Assembly (NCBI RefSeq): GCF_009914755.1
Contig: NC_060935.1
DNA: 64,000 nucleotides
From: the human T2T-CHM13v2.0 reference genome, Homo sapiens
Reading direction: 5' to 3' (one strand)
Below the pieces are notes generated by a model, which worked only from the letters and a program-made list of their open reading frames with translations, had not been told where the DNA came from and searched no databases. Positions 42,441-56,612 of this stretch are shown one piece after another. The translations under genes were made by a program, and so were the position numbers. Position 1 is the stretch's first letter. Each line of letters starts with the position of its first letter.

Positions 42441-43282
42441 AAGAGATGGACATTTAATGGTAGATGAGGAGATGAAGATAAGGACCATAGCTATCGATGT
42501 GTTTTGCCACCTTGCTTTCCAAAAATAAAATGCCAATTTATGGTTGGGTTGCTTTCTTTAAATAGATCTTCTGAATAACTAATGAAACAGAGATGAGTAT
42601 GAATAGAGCACAGGACAGGGTGGCTGAAGTTAAAGAGGAAGGAACAGAGTTTAATATTTACATATCAGTTGTTGAGTCAGAGCTCCAAAAGATATATAAT
42701 TATTCTTTTCTCTTGAGTTTGCACATCTAAAGGAAATCCTTTTGAGATGACTTTAAGAGGGGTGGTTTTTGGACTTTTTTTCTTCTCTGTGCTTCCCTAT
42801 AGGTCTAGTCTGTCTGTTTAGGCCAGAAAACATCTTTGCTTGGTTTGTTTCCAGTTTAGCTGTCATTTGAATAATCCAGAGTTCTAAGAATTTTATACTG
42901 GAGATCCTTATCCAGTGCTAATTGGATTGTGATTTTCCTAGTGTACCACATCCTCTATAAATATACTTGTCTTTGTGTCCCAAAGGATGCTATTTTATAA
43001 CAACACATTGAAATAATACTTTCTCAGTATTCTACTCAAGCACTTTATTAATGTAGATGCTTAGGTTATATTGTTGGAAAATGTTTCTGTTATTGACAAC
43101 TTGCTCTTTTTATTTGGATGGGATAGTAAATAAAGGTACTTAATTTACATAAGCCTATTAAATGAAATTCTCAAGAGGAATGAATTTTAAATGCAGCTTA
43201 CAATGTGGTGACAGCTGATTCACTTATAAACAAGCTCGTTTAGTGGAATTGGACTAAATGAAAAAACTTTATGCAGTAGTTT

Positions 43283-43806
43283 TTCTTTTTTTAATTTCAG
43301 CTTTTATTTTAGATACAGGGGATACATGTATATGATTGCTACATGGATGTATTGGACCTTGTAGTGAGCATAGTACCCAAGAGGTGGTTTTTCAATCCAC
43401 ACCCTTTTCACTCCTTCCCCTTTCTAGTAGTCTGCAGTGTCTCTTATTCCCATTTATGTCCATGTGTGCTCAGTGTTTAGCTCCCACTTATAAGTGAGAA
43501 CATGTGGCATTTGGTTTTCTGTTCCTGTGTTAATTCATTTAGGCTTATGGCCACCAGCTCCACCCATGTTGCTGTAAAGGACATGATTTCACTCTTTTTT
43601 ATGGTTGTATTGTATTTCATGGTGTATATGTGCCATATTTTCTTTATCCAGTACACCATTGATGGGGACCTAGGTTGATTTCATGTCTTTGCTTTCATGA
43701 ATAGCATGGCATTGAACATGTGAGTGCATGTGTCTTTTTGGTATAATGATCTATTTTCCTCTGGGTATGAACCCAGTAATGGGATTGCTGGGTTGAATGG
43801 TAGCTC
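43283..43806 (-). mobile_element. L1PA16/L1PB-like 3' end
   Basis: 'tttagctcccacttataagtgagaacatg'; TSD TTAT(G/A)CAGTAGTTT at 43269-43282 and 43807-43820. Confidence 0.92.
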
Positions 43807-45249
43807 TTATACAGTAGTTTCATAACATAATTGTTTGTGGTATATGCCAAATAGTATTCATAATACTGAACTATATGGAGGGATTATCTCCATTCCTATC
43901 AACCCCTTCCTTTCTCTCTTCTTACCACAGAAGGTAAAAAGAAAGAGATTTTGTTTTGTTTTTCAAAATCGTTCTACCAATTAATAGTTGAAATGCCTTT
44001 TTAAAAGAGAAACTAAAAGGCTGAGCTTTGGTTATCAGAGGTTCTAAAAAGTGTAGTTAAAACTGTAAACCAAAGAATCGCCCTCTCACCCCCATTGTTT
44101 GTTTCCTTTCTTGGATGAACAATTTGCAGTCTTGGTTTTGTTTTTTTTTTCTGGTAGAAATAAAATTAGCGAGATAATGAATAGGACAACTGAATTGCTC
44201 TATTTTTAATTTCTCTTTAAAGGTGTTAAAAATGCTTCTTCTGTAATATTATCAGTAAGGACTTTGTTTCCTTTGGCCATTGGGAGTTAAGAGCACAGCC
44301 GTCAGAAGAGATTCTTCTGGGATACTCCCCTCTGACCTCCACAGAAGTAAATTTTCTCCTTGAGGAGGCTACTTGCAAATTCAGCTAATGCAGAACATGG
44401 TGTTCATTTGTTTAAAGGCTTGCAGCCCTAGGGCACAGATGTAACGTATCTGTTCTTCCAATTAATTTCTGACAAGCTCAGGTGATGACTTTGATATGTC
44501 AGACTGTATATGGTATAGGCCTTGGTTACCTTAGAAACCATCTCTTTTCTTAGGTTTCTGCTTAGGAATTGTAGTTCCCACAGGCAGTTCTGCAGAATAT
44601 TTTCAGAACTGAATTTGGAAATGGAGGACCCTGTATTCTTCAGAGAAAACACAGCCTCAATTTCTTCTATCAATTCATTTAGCTATCATCCTTGAATATC
44701 TCTGGGTATGGTTAGAATCCCTATGATAGGTTTTCCTCAGCTGCAGTTAAATTCTAGACTATTTCTTCATCACTTTAGAGTCTGCGTTCTCATTTCTCCG
44801 AGATCCCTTTCTGCATGCTTCTGTTCAGTACATTTTATTAATCTGTTGGAATGCACCTTAGACAATACTCATCTACCATATCCTTATAGCTGCTGTTTTT
44901 TAATGTTAATTTGTGTAATACTTAGCAATTAGCTTGGCATATCCTGTGGAGAGAAGTAAATATTTTTTTTTTACTCACAGGTACTATCATATTCATTCCA
45001 CAAATGAATATGTTCCTTTTTATCTTCCCTTTATAGTGACCCTGTTTGCAGTGTCTACCAAATGACTAACCAGTAGTAAGCTTCAATCAAATCAAGAGTA
45101 TTTAGAGTGTGAGGAGGATTGGGAGCAAGACTCTTGGGAGTATACATAGAATCCAATAAGAAAGAAGGGTAGGAGGAAAGTCAGAGAGACCAAATCACGA
45201 AAGAGTAGTCAGTGGTATCAAGTTAGGCTTGACAGGTTAACTTCTCTGC

Positions 45250-45632
45250 AATCCTTCCACTCCCCTCAGTGCTCACTGACATGGTCTGAGTTTAGGTCAT
45301 TTCTCTATTCTTCACCCACATATGCTTTGTCTGGAATATCTTTTCTTTCTTTGCTTACAATGTTATGCCTTCCTGTTAAACCTGTAAAACTCAGATTATT
45401 CATCGCCTCTTTGAATCCGTTTCCTAGTGCCCACTCACTATGATTTCTCTTTGTCATGTATAGGTGTCTATTACTGAACTTACCAAAATATTAGAATTGT
45501 TTCTGTGACTATTTCTTCTATTAGACTGTGAGCTTTTTAAAGATATGAGACTGTTTCAGTCATCTTTATACATCAAGTGCCTAATGTAGAATTTAGCTTT
45601 AATGGAAGCTTAAAAGTAATCAAGAAAGAAAT
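45250..45632 (+). mobile_element. L2 3' region
   Basis: 'ttagactgtgagctttttaaaga...catctttatacatcaagtgccta'. Confidence 0.65.
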
Positions 45633-45644
45633 ATGAAGACTTAA

Positions 45645-45960
45645 AATGGGCCATTAGTTTTAGCAATGAGGGAATAATTGGTAATCTTTACCAGAAGGTT
45701 TTATTCAAGTGGTAGAGGTGGAGAGCTATATTGAAGAGCGTTGATAAAGGAATAGAGGAGAGGATGAGTGGGCCACAGTTCAAGAAGGCTGGCTGTAAAA
45801 GGCAGGAAGGTGGATAGTGGAGGCTTGTAGCTGGCAGGACAGGAATATGTATATGGTGCAGTCTTTTGGATGTACAAACTGGGAGATATGAACATGTTTT
45901 ATAGCCTAAGTGAAGAAGCCCTTGAAGAGAGTAGGGTTCAGGAGGATGTGGGAGGGGTTA
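45645..45960 (-). mobile_element. L2 internal fragment
   Basis: GA-rich 'ccattagttttagcaatgagg...ttggtaatcttt...ttcaagaaggctggctgtaaaagg'. Confidence 0.55.
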
Positions 45961-46762
45961 AATCCAGAGTATGGGAGAAAGATGAGCTTTTTAATAGCAA
46001 TCTTAACCATGCTTATTTTTATTTTTTATACTTTCAACTTTTATTATAGATTAAAGGGTACATGTGCAGGTTTGTTACATGGCTGTATTGCATGTCTGAG
46101 GCTTGGGGTACAAATGATCCTGTCAGATAGTGAGCATAGTACCCAATAAGTGCACGCCCCTTTTCCTCTCTCCCGCATTTAGTAGTCCCCAGTGTCTATT
46201 GTTCTCATCGTTATGTCTGTGTGTATTCAACGTTTCCATTCCCATTTAGAAGTAAGAATATGCCACATTTTGTTTTCTGTTCTTGCATAAATTCGCTTAG
46301 GATAACGGCCTCCAGCTCTATCCATGTTGCAGCAAAGGACAGCCTAAGGCTGCGTAGTATTCTGTAGTGTATATGTTCCACATTTTATTTATCCAGTTCA
46401 TCATTGAAGGGCACCTAGGTTGACTCCATATTTTTACTATTGTGAATAACACAACATTGAATATACAAGTACATATATGTTTTTGATACTGTAAATTATT
46501 TTCCTTTGGTTATATACCCAATAGTGGGATTGCTGGGCTGAATGGTAGTTCTGTTTTAAGTTCTTTGAGATATCTCCAAACTGCTTTCCAAAGTGGCTAA
46601 ACTAGTTTGCCTTCCTACAAACAGCATTCCCTTTTCTTGGAAGACTCTGTAACATCTTTTATTTTTTTGACTTTTTTAGTAACCTCCATTGTGATTGGTG
46701 TGAGATGGTATCTCTTTGTGGTTTTGATTTACATTTTCTTTGCCCTCCTGAACACCCGCTTG

Positions 46763-46866
46763 TTTTTGAGACAAGGTCTTGCTTTGTTGCCCAGTGTGAT
46801 CTCAGCTCACTGCAGCCTTGATGTCCTGGGCTTAAGTGATCCTCCTGCCTTAGCCTCCAGAGTAGC
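46763..46866 (-). mobile_element. AluJ right-arm fragment
   Basis: 'gagacaaggtcttgctttgttgccc...gctcactgcagccttga...gtagc'. Confidence 0.85.
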
Positions 46867-49800
46867 TCTTTGCCCATTTTTAAATTATATTGTTTGTTTT
46901 TTGCTTGTCGTTTTAAGTTCCTTGCAGATTCTGGATATTAGACTTTTGTCAAATGTCAAAATAATTGCAAATATTTTTTCTCCGATTCTGTAGGCTGTTT
47001 ACTCTGTTGGGAATTTCTTTTGGTGTGCAGAAGCTCTTTCGTTTAATTAGGTCCCGTTTATCAATTTTTGTTTTTGTTACAATTGCTTATGGGGACTTAG
47101 CCACAAATTATTTGCCAAAGCCAGTGTCAAGCAGGGTATTTTCTAGGTTATCTTCTAGGATTTTTATAGTTTGAGGTCTTACATTTAAATCAGTAATCCA
47201 TCTTGAGTTAATTTTTGTATACAATGAGAGGAAGGGTCCAGTTTCATTCTTCTGCATATGGCTAGCCAGTTACTCTGGTATCATTTATTGAATAAGGAGC
47301 CCTTTCCCCATTGTTTATTCTTGTCAATTTTGTTGAAAATCTGATGGTTGTAGGTGTGTGGGTTTATTTCTGGGTTCTCTGTTCTGTTCCATTGGTCTAT
47401 ATGTCTCTTTTGTACCAGTACCATGCTGTTTTGATCACTGTAGCCTTACAGTATTGTTTGAAGTTGGGTAATGTCATCACAAATGGATGTTGGATTTTAT
47501 CAAAAGGTAAATTTTCTGCCTCTATTGAAATGATCATATGATTTTTGCTTTTGATTCTGTTTACATGGCGAATCACATTTATTGATTTGTGTATGTTCAA
47601 CCAACCTTACATCCCAGGAATAAAGCCTGTTTTATTGTGGTGAGTGAACTTTTTGATGTGCTGTTAGATTTGGTTTGCTGGTATTTCGTTGAGGATTTTT
47701 GCTTCTATGTTCATGAGAAATATTGGCCCGAAGCTTTTTTGTTGTTGTTGTTATTGTTGTTGTTGTTGTATGTCTGCTAGATTTTGGTATCAAGATGATG
47801 CTGGGTTCATAGAATGAGTTAAGGAGAAGCCCTTCCTCCTTGATTTTCTTGGAATAGATTCAGTAGTACTGATATCACTTCCTTTTTGTACATCTGATAG
47901 AATTCGGGTGTGAATCCCTCTCGTCTGGAGCTCTTTTGGTTTGGTGGATTTTTAATCAGTGATTCAATTTCTGAACTTGAAAGTTGTACTTTCTTCCTGG
48001 TTCAATCTTGAGGTTTTGTGTTTCCAGGAACTTATCCATTTCCTCTAGATTTTCTAATTTGTGTATGTAAAGGTGTTCATAATCGTCTCCAATCTTTTAT
48101 ATTTCTGTGGGATAGGTTGTAATATCTTTGTCACTTCCGATTGTGCTTATTTGGATCTTCTGTTTTTTGTTGTTGTTAATTGTGTCTCAATTTTATTCAA
48201 TTCTTATTTGATTTTAATTATTTCTTCTACCAGCTTTAGAGTTGAATTTTTGTTTTGTTTTGTTTTTTAGTTCCTCTAGGTGTGATGTTAGATTCTTGAG
48301 ATCTTTCCGACCTCTTGATGAAGGCATTTAGTGCTATAAACTTTCCTCTTAACATCACTTTAGCTGCCTCCCAAAGATTTTTATAAGTTGTGTCTCTGCT
48401 TTTGTTAATTGCAAAGAATTTTTATTTCTGTCCTGATTTCATTGTTCATATAATGAACAATGGTTCATTCAGAAGCAGGTTGTTTAATTTCTATGTTTTT
48501 GTGTTATTTTTGAGAGATCTTCTTTATCGATTTCTGTTTTTATTGCACCGTGGTCTGAGAGTGTGTTTGGAATTATTTCAATTTTTTTTTTGAATTTACT
48601 GAAACTTGCTTTAAGACTCAGCATGTGGTTGATCTTTGAATATGTTACATGTGCACCTGAGAACAATGTATATTCTATGGTTGTTAGGTGGAGTATTCTG
48701 TAGATGTTTATTAGGTTCAGTTGTTCAAGTATCGAGTTTAAGTCCAGAATTTGTTAGTTCTCTGCTTCAGTGATCTGTCTAATGCTGTCAGTGTGGTGTT
48801 GAACTCTCCCACTACTATTGTGTAATAATGGCGGTGTAAGTGTTTTCGTAGGTCAGGAAGAACTTGTTTTATGGATCTGGGTGCTCCAGTGTTGGGTGTG
48901 TATATGTTTAGGATAGTTAAGTCTTCTTGTTGAATAGAACACTTTATCATTATGTAATGCCCTTCTTCGTTCTCCCTGATTGTTATTGGTTTAAAGTCTG
49001 TTTTATCTGATACAGGACTAGCTACTCCTGCTCTTTATTTTCCATTTGCATGATAGGTCTTTATTTTTACTTTCAGCCTGTTTGTGTCATTACATGTGAG
49101 ATCCATCTATTGAAGGCACCAGACAGTTGGGTCTTGCCTTTTTATCCATCTTGCCATTCTATGCCTTTTAAATGGGGAGATTTAGAACATTTACATTCAG
49201 GATTAGTACGATATATGAGATTTTGATCCTGTCTTTATGTTGTTGGCTGTTTGCTTTGTAGAGTTGGTTGTGCAATTGCTTTATATTGTCTGTGAGCTAT
49301 TGTGCTTGAGTGTGTTTTAGTGGTAGCAGGTTTTAAACTTTTATTTCAATGTTTAGCACTCCCTTTAGGACCTCTTGTAAGGCTGGTGTGGTAATGAATT
49401 CCCTCACTGCTTACCTGTCTGAGAAGCATTTTATTTTGCCTTCACTTACAAAGCTTAGATTGGTGGGATATGAGGTTCTTGGCTGTAATTTATTTTCTTT
49501 AAGAATGCTGAAAATAGACCTCCAATCTCTTCTGGCTTGTAAGGTTTCTTCTAAGAGGTCTGCTGCTAAACTGATGGCGTTCCCTCTGCAGGTGACCTGA
49601 CCTTTCTCTCTAGCTGCCTTTCAGGTTTTTTTCTTTTGCATTGACCGTGGAGAATCTGATGACTATGTGCCTTGGAATGGTCATGTTGTATAGTATCTCG
49701 CGTGGGTTCTCTGTTTTTTCTGAATTTATATGTCTTCCTCTAGCAGGATTCGGGAGATTTTCGTAGAGTATATTCTCAAATACATTTTCCAAGTTGCTTA

Positions 49801-49998
49801 CACTCTCTCCTCTCTCAAGAATGCCAATGAGCTGTAAACATGGTCTCTTCACATAATCCCATATTACTCAGTGGTGTTTTTTTTTATTTTTAATTCTTTT
49901 TTATTTTTGTCTGGGTTGATTTGAGAAATTGGTCCTCAAGCTCTGAGATTCTTTCCTCAGCATGCTCTATTCTGCTGTTAATACTTTTGATTGTAAGG

Positions 49999-50285
<287 letters not shown>

Positions 50286-50714
50286 AATACTTTTGATTGT
50301 ATTATGAAATTCTTGAAGTAAATTTTTCCCTTCCAGAAGCTCAGTTTGGTTCTTAAAATGGCTATTTTGTCTTTCAAGCTTCTGGATTGTTTTACTGTAT
50401 TCCTTGGATTAGGTTTCAACTTTCTCCTGCATCTTGATGCGCTTCCTTGCCATCCAGATTCTGAATTCTTTGTCTGTCATTTCATACATCTAAATCTGGT
50501 TAAGAACCATTTCTGGGTTTATTTGGAGATAAGGGAACACACTGGCTTTTTGAGTTGCCAGAGTTCTTGTGCTGATTCTTTCTTGTGTGTGAGGGCTAGT
50601 GGCTAGTGTTCCTTTAAATGTGATGTAAGTTGGGTATAGTTAGTTGGCTTTGTTTCTGGGTGTTTACAGAGGATCATGACTCTATACAGAATCTTTATTT
50701 GTAGCTAGATTTTT

Positions 50715-51010
<296 letters not shown>

Positions 51011-52044
51011 CTGTAGCTAGATTTTTAAAAGTTTTCACTGGTGTTGTATACTGGCAAAATGTTTTGGTGGTGTATTTTGGGCTGCAATCCAGTAGGTGGT
51101 GCTTCAGAATGTTGGTCAGCAGATAGGCTCTTACTTAGCCACACAACTCTTTTGTACTTTGGTTCTTTTGTATTTTGGTTCTGTTGGTAGTTAGTGTCTG
51201 TGTTGGTGGGAGAGAGAGATGACCCCTTCACCTGGTCCACTCCTAGGCCATGAAGGAGCCCTGTCCAGTCACTGGCTCCATGCCCACATTTCCTTTGTTA
51301 GATGTTCTGGTCCCCGGGGCTCTCTCAGGCAGGGGCAGATAGGCCGTACCCTCTCTGGGCTGGCCCTGTTGAGTGAGACACACCCCACTCCCCTGCTGGT
51401 CTGTGAGCCCAGGCATCAGAGGTTAGATTTTGATGTGACAAGCTGTCCTCATTCCTTTGAGACCAAAGGAAGTTCTAAATAATTGACTTAGAATTGAATC
51501 TGGGTGCAGAATCCCTTAAATCAGGTACTTCCTGTTCTTGTCACACCTTCAATCAGAGCCAGAGATGAATAGTTTGCCCTAGCAGCAGAGGATTGGTGGC
51601 AGTGGCTTTTACTATGTTTAAGTATAGAATTGATGAGCGGGACAAGTAGGAGATGTCGTCACCTATTTGTTTCATTTTGGTTTTTGGAAATGTCCTTATT
51701 TATTTCAGACTAATCTATCTAGGAAACAGATCTTTAAAAACTCGTGAAAGATGTGTGCATAAGATTATTGTATATACTCTGCATCATTCAGTTTCAAAGA
51801 AAAGTCTGCAGCTATCTTGAGAGGCAATTGAGTAGGTACCTGATACCTGCCTATCTGTCCATATTCAAAATTAGACATATTTTATAAGTTGTGGAAAATT
51901 ATTTGCATATGCAGTAAAGTGACATCATTCTTGTCTGGCTCATGTAAAATTGGCTTGTCCTTTGTCAGCAGAATGACTGAAGTTCTACTTCTTGTTTATA
52001 AAGCCAAACTTGTATCTCAAAAATTGTATTGCCAGGGATAACAT

Positions 52045-52270
52045 GTAGGATGCTTTTCACTGCAGGTAACAGAAAACACGACCATAGGTGGCTTAAAGAA
52101 CCAGGAAAACTTTGTTACTTACATGATGAGAAACCTGGATGAAAGGAAATTCTAGGGCCGATTAACTCAATAACATTGTCAAGATCAAGGTTTTATCCAT
52201 CTTTCTGCTCTGACAATCTTAGTTCCTCATTGATTTGGCTTTTGTCCTCAGACTTGTCCCCTCTTGATTA
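52045..52270 (-). mobile_element. Old MLT1 (J/K-like) LTR fragment
   Basis: 'taggatgcttttcactgcaggtaacagaaaac...tggcttaaa', 'ccatctttctgctctgac'. Confidence 0.55.
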
Positions 52271-52275
52271 AAAGA

Positions 52276-52392
52276 CCCTGTAACTCCGAACCAATTAAAT
52301 CAGAATAGCTGGGGAGGGGGACCAGGCATTAGTCTTTTAAAAGCTTCCAGGTGGTTTTATTGTGCAAGTAGCTAGGATTGGGAACACTGAGT
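52276..52392. mobile_element. MER5-type (hAT-Charlie) fragment
   Basis: 'accaattaaatcagaat...ccaggcattagtcttttaaaagcttccaggtggtttt...gggaacactg'. Confidence 0.75.
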
Positions 52393-53288
52393 TACATCAA
52401 TTAAGAGCCACTCAGGGGTTTATAAATCTAACCCCCCTAAAGCACATGGTCATTTGGTAACCAAATAAATCAGTTCTTTTAGCAAGTAATAAGGGTGAGA
52501 AATTCAACCATAGATGTCCGCCCTACTCCAGATGATGTAAGGTTTTTAAAAATTTCGCTTATTCTTTGACTTCATGTATGTTCACTATCATTACTTAAAA
52601 AAGAACTATGTAAGTGGTTTCTACCCCCTCACTTTAGAGGCAAATCTCTGGATAGGCAGTTTTATTAACCCAATGAACTACAAAGAGAATATTTTGGGCA
52701 AGAAGGAAGCAGAGGTATTAAAGCATACTTTTCAGTCATTTTATGTGCAGATAAATAACAATATTTAAGGTAAATATAATCTATATTGCCTTTTCTCAGG
52801 TGGATTGTAGCCAACTCTTTATCAAAATTGATTCCCTTCTTCACAAATTGTATCAAATATGCTCTCTGTTGTGGCTTTCTCCTCTCGTTTTCTGTTTTCA
52901 AATGCATTCTCCCTTCACTAACATGTGCCAAAAAGAATATAATGTCCCTCTTGAACTTTGTCTCATTTAATGGCATCACCTTGTTCCAGAGGATGTAGGT
53001 GTACTCAGATGCATGCATTTGTGGCCAAGACATTTCTGTCATACTTAGAGTCTCTGGCTGTTTTTCACTTCAGTGCACAGAATTTGTGCCACTTCATGGT
53101 CTCTCTTTTTGTTTTTTTTTTTGACTCTTAAAATTTACCTTAAGGTACCTCCCACCCACACACACTTTCAGTCTCTTTTTTAGTTTATCCCCAACAGTGC
53201 TTCTGGAGTTATCCAAAAATATAGATGAGATCCTGTTGTCTTCACATTGCCCTAATGGTTCCCATTTATCTACAGAATAAAAATCCAA

Positions 53289-53750
53289 TGTGGTTGGTTG
53301 TCTTTACTAAGATAGCGAGAAAAATATTTCCCATCTCACACATTCTACTTTATAATGTGGTTTTGATATTCTTCCCACAACGAGGTGGAGTCTATGTCCC
53401 TCTACTAGAATATGGACAGGCTTGTGATAATGGTGGAAGAGATACTAGTGTGACTTCCTAGACTGAGTCATAAAAAGTGTCTTGGCTTCTGCCTGTACAT
53501 CTTGGCATGCTCATTTCGGGGCCACAGCTACCATGCTGTGGGAAAAAGCCCACCAATACCTTAGCCTGTAGCCTTTGCTAAGCTTCTAGCTGACAGCCAG
53601 CATCAGTGTACCTGCCAAATGGGTGATCTGAGAAGTGGATCCTTCAGTTTCCCTGCCCTCGCAGCTGATGCTGTGTGGATTATGGAGATGAGCCATCCCT
53701 GTCAAGTCCTGCCTACATTAGAAAGTCATGGGGGGAAAAGTGATCATTTG
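53289..53750 (+). mobile_element. MLT1G/H-like MaLR LTR
   Basis: 'gaggtggagtctatgtccct', 'tgtgacttcctagactgagtcataaaaag', 'agctgacagccagcatca'. Confidence 0.75.
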
Positions 53751-53789
53751 TATTCAAAGTGATTATTTGTATTCAGAGCATCTTTTTTC

Positions 53790-55304
53790 TTTTTAAAATC
53801 AGTTTTAGTGAGCTATAAGGTATGTATAATACATTCACTAATTTTAAGTATACAATTCATTGAGTTTTAACAAATGTTTGTGGTGTTTTTTCATACTGCC
53901 ACATTTAAATTTTGTTGATTTTCATCATTTCATAGAGTTCTCTTGTATACCTTCCAATTTAGTTCTGTCACCATCCTCAGCCCCTGGCAACTGACAGAAA
54001 GCTAATGTGCTTTCTGTCCCAATAGTTTTGCCTTTTCCAGAATGGAAACCTTGTTTCTCTACTAGTTTTGGGCTAGTGTAAATAAACTTGCTATGAAGAT
54101 TCATGTATATGTCTTGTGGATGTAGGTTTTCATTTCTTTTGAGTAAATGCTATAGGAGTGGGATTTAGTTATATGATAGTTAGTGTTTAAATTTTTAAGA
54201 AACTACCAAACTGTTTTTCAAAGTGGCTGTGACTGCGTATTTGACTTTGCCAGCAGTGTATGATAGTTCTAGTTGTTCTTCATCATTGCAAGCTCTTGGT
54301 ATTGTCATTTAAAAAAATATAGTTATTCGAGTGGCTACAAAGGCTTATCTCATTGGTGTTTTAATTTGCATATTTCTGTGACTAATGGTGTTGACATCCT
54401 TCATGCGTTTACCTTTTATATATCATTTTTGAAGTTTCTATTCAAATCTTCCATTTAAAAATGGGTTGTTTATCTTTCTAATACTTAGTTTTAAGATTCT
54501 TGACTATATTTGGGTATAAATTCTGTATCATATAGATTGTAAAGTTCTTGGATTCTGTGGGTTGTCTTTTTACTTGCCTGATGGTGTCCTTTGAAGCACA
54601 AAGTTTTTAATTTTGATGGAAATCCAGTTTATCAAGTTTTCTTTTACAGTTTATATGCATTATGTTCTTTTAAAAACTTTACCTTAACAAGGTCACAAAG
54701 GTTTTTGTCCTTTGTTCTGCGCGCTTTCTAATTTTTAGCTCTTGGATTTAGGCATATGATCCATTTTGATTTTAAGTTTGTATATGGCATGAGTGAAGTT
54801 TCAAAGTTCATTTGTTTGTAAAATAGATATCAGATTGTTTTAGCAACATTTATTGAAAAGACTGTCTTTTCCTCATTCAATTATCTTGGTACCTTTAGAA
54901 ATAAGTTTATCATATTCATATGAATACATTTCTCTTTCTGGAGTGTATATCCTATTCCTTTGATTATCTGTCCTTATGCCAATATTCTCTTGATTACTGT
55001 AGCTTTATAATCAGTCTTGAAATCAATGGATGCCCTTTAACTTTTGGTCTTTTTTTCAAAGTTTTTCTGGCTATTCTAGGTTCTTTTCACGTCCGTATAT
55101 ATTTTGTAATAAGCCTTTAATTACTATGAAAAGATTGCTAGAATTCTTGGGGAATTACTAATATTGATCAATTTGTTGGCATCTTGAGAATATTGTTTTC
55201 TGATCCTATATTTCCATTCATTTGGGTGGTTTTAAAAGTTTTTCAAAGCAGTGCTTATTAGTTGTTTTCATTGTATGTGTCTTGTACAGAGTTTGTTAAA
55301 TTTA
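53790..55304 (-). mobile_element. L1ME/MC-like 3' portion (continues in pieces at ~55890-56010, 56615-57160, 57480-57640, 58313-58640)
   Basis: 'ttttaagtatacaattcattgagtttt', 'gtcctttgaagcacaaagtttttaattttgatg'. Confidence 0.8.
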
Positions 55305-55860
55305 TGTGGTAGCCAGTAGGATTCAATTATTAAAGAAAACTCAAAAGATCCAAAATGACAATGTCTAGAAATCCATGACCTGATGTAGGAAAAGGATGCA
55401 ATACAGCAACAGGATTAGAGCATTAAAGATATGCGTCGTAGGCAAAGGCTTCCTAATAGCAAGGGGTCTAGAGGGACTGAGCATGACCTCTAATTACTCT
55501 CTCTGTTGGCCATGAGGCACCCTTTTTCTCTCAGGTGACACTCCACTGATATGTGCACAGAACCTGGGAGTGCAAAATGGAATCAAAGCTGGGACTCATT
55601 ATATCCTGTTGACCAAATAGGCTTATTCTTTCACATAATGAGTCCCAGTGGTACAGCCCTCTGGTAGATTTCAATGAGACCAGATGCAAATCAGCAAATC
55701 TCACTGTTATCAGTAAACATTACCGACAAGCTGGTACAAACTGCCCTAAAACTTGCCTTGGATGTATTAGTACAAAGCAACACTATTAAGGAGTATATTT
55801 CATGACTTGACCCAGGGGTCTAGTGCCAAGTAGGTACACCTTTACCTCAACAAAAACATT
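55305..55860. mobile_element. Probable old LTR inserted in the L1M
   Basis: Abrupt break in L1 similarity and in base composition, starting 'tgtgg'; L1 resumes at ~55890; family not resolved. Confidence 0.4.
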
Positions 55861-56011
55861 TCAGGTAAATTTCAGGCGTGCTGGAATTAACTCATATTTT
55901 TCATCCTATTATAAATGGTGTTTTAAAAAACATATATTTCCAACTGTGAATTGCTTTTATATGGAAATAAAAACATGATTTGTGTGTACTGACCTTGTAT
56001 CTTGTGACCTA

Positions 56012-56612
56012 TTTTGAAATATACAATACATTCTTGTTAATTATAGTAACCCTACTCTGCTATCAAACATTAGAACTTACTTCTTCTAACTGTATGTTTG
56101 AGTTATTCCTTCTATCTAACCGTATGTTTGTACCCATTAACCAACCTCTCTTTATCTCCCTCTCTCCTCACAGACACCCTTCCCAGCTGTCTCTGGTACC
56201 TATCATTCTATTTTTTACCTCCATGAGATAAATGTTTTTTTTTTTTACTCCCATGTGAGTGAGAACATGGGATATTTGTCTTTCTGTGCCTAGTTTATGC
56301 CACTTAACATAATGACCTCCAGTTCCATCCACGTTTCTGCAAATGACATGATTTCATTTTTTTAATGACTGAATAGTACTAATAATTCCATTGTGTATAG
56401 CACATATTCTTCATCCATTCATCCCTTGATGGATACTTAGATTGATTCCATATCTCTGCTATTGTGAATAGTGCTTGCTGCAATAAACACTGGAGTGCAC
56501 ACTTCCCTTTGATAAACTAATTGCTTTTTCTTTGGATGAATACCTACTAGTGGGATTGCTGGATCATATGGCAGTTCTATTTTTAGTTTTTTTTTTTGAG
56601 AGATCTCCATAC
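56012..56612 (-). mobile_element. L1MA-like 3' end nested in older L1
   Basis: 'ttttgaaatatacaatacattcttgttaattatagtaacc', 'cttaacataatgacctccagttccatcc'. Confidence 0.85.

Noticed and set aside
44482-44612. Possible C/D snoRNA (GTGATGA ... CTGA)
   Set aside because: Weak terminal stem, no clear D'/C' boxes or recognisable rRNA guide; such motifs occur by chance
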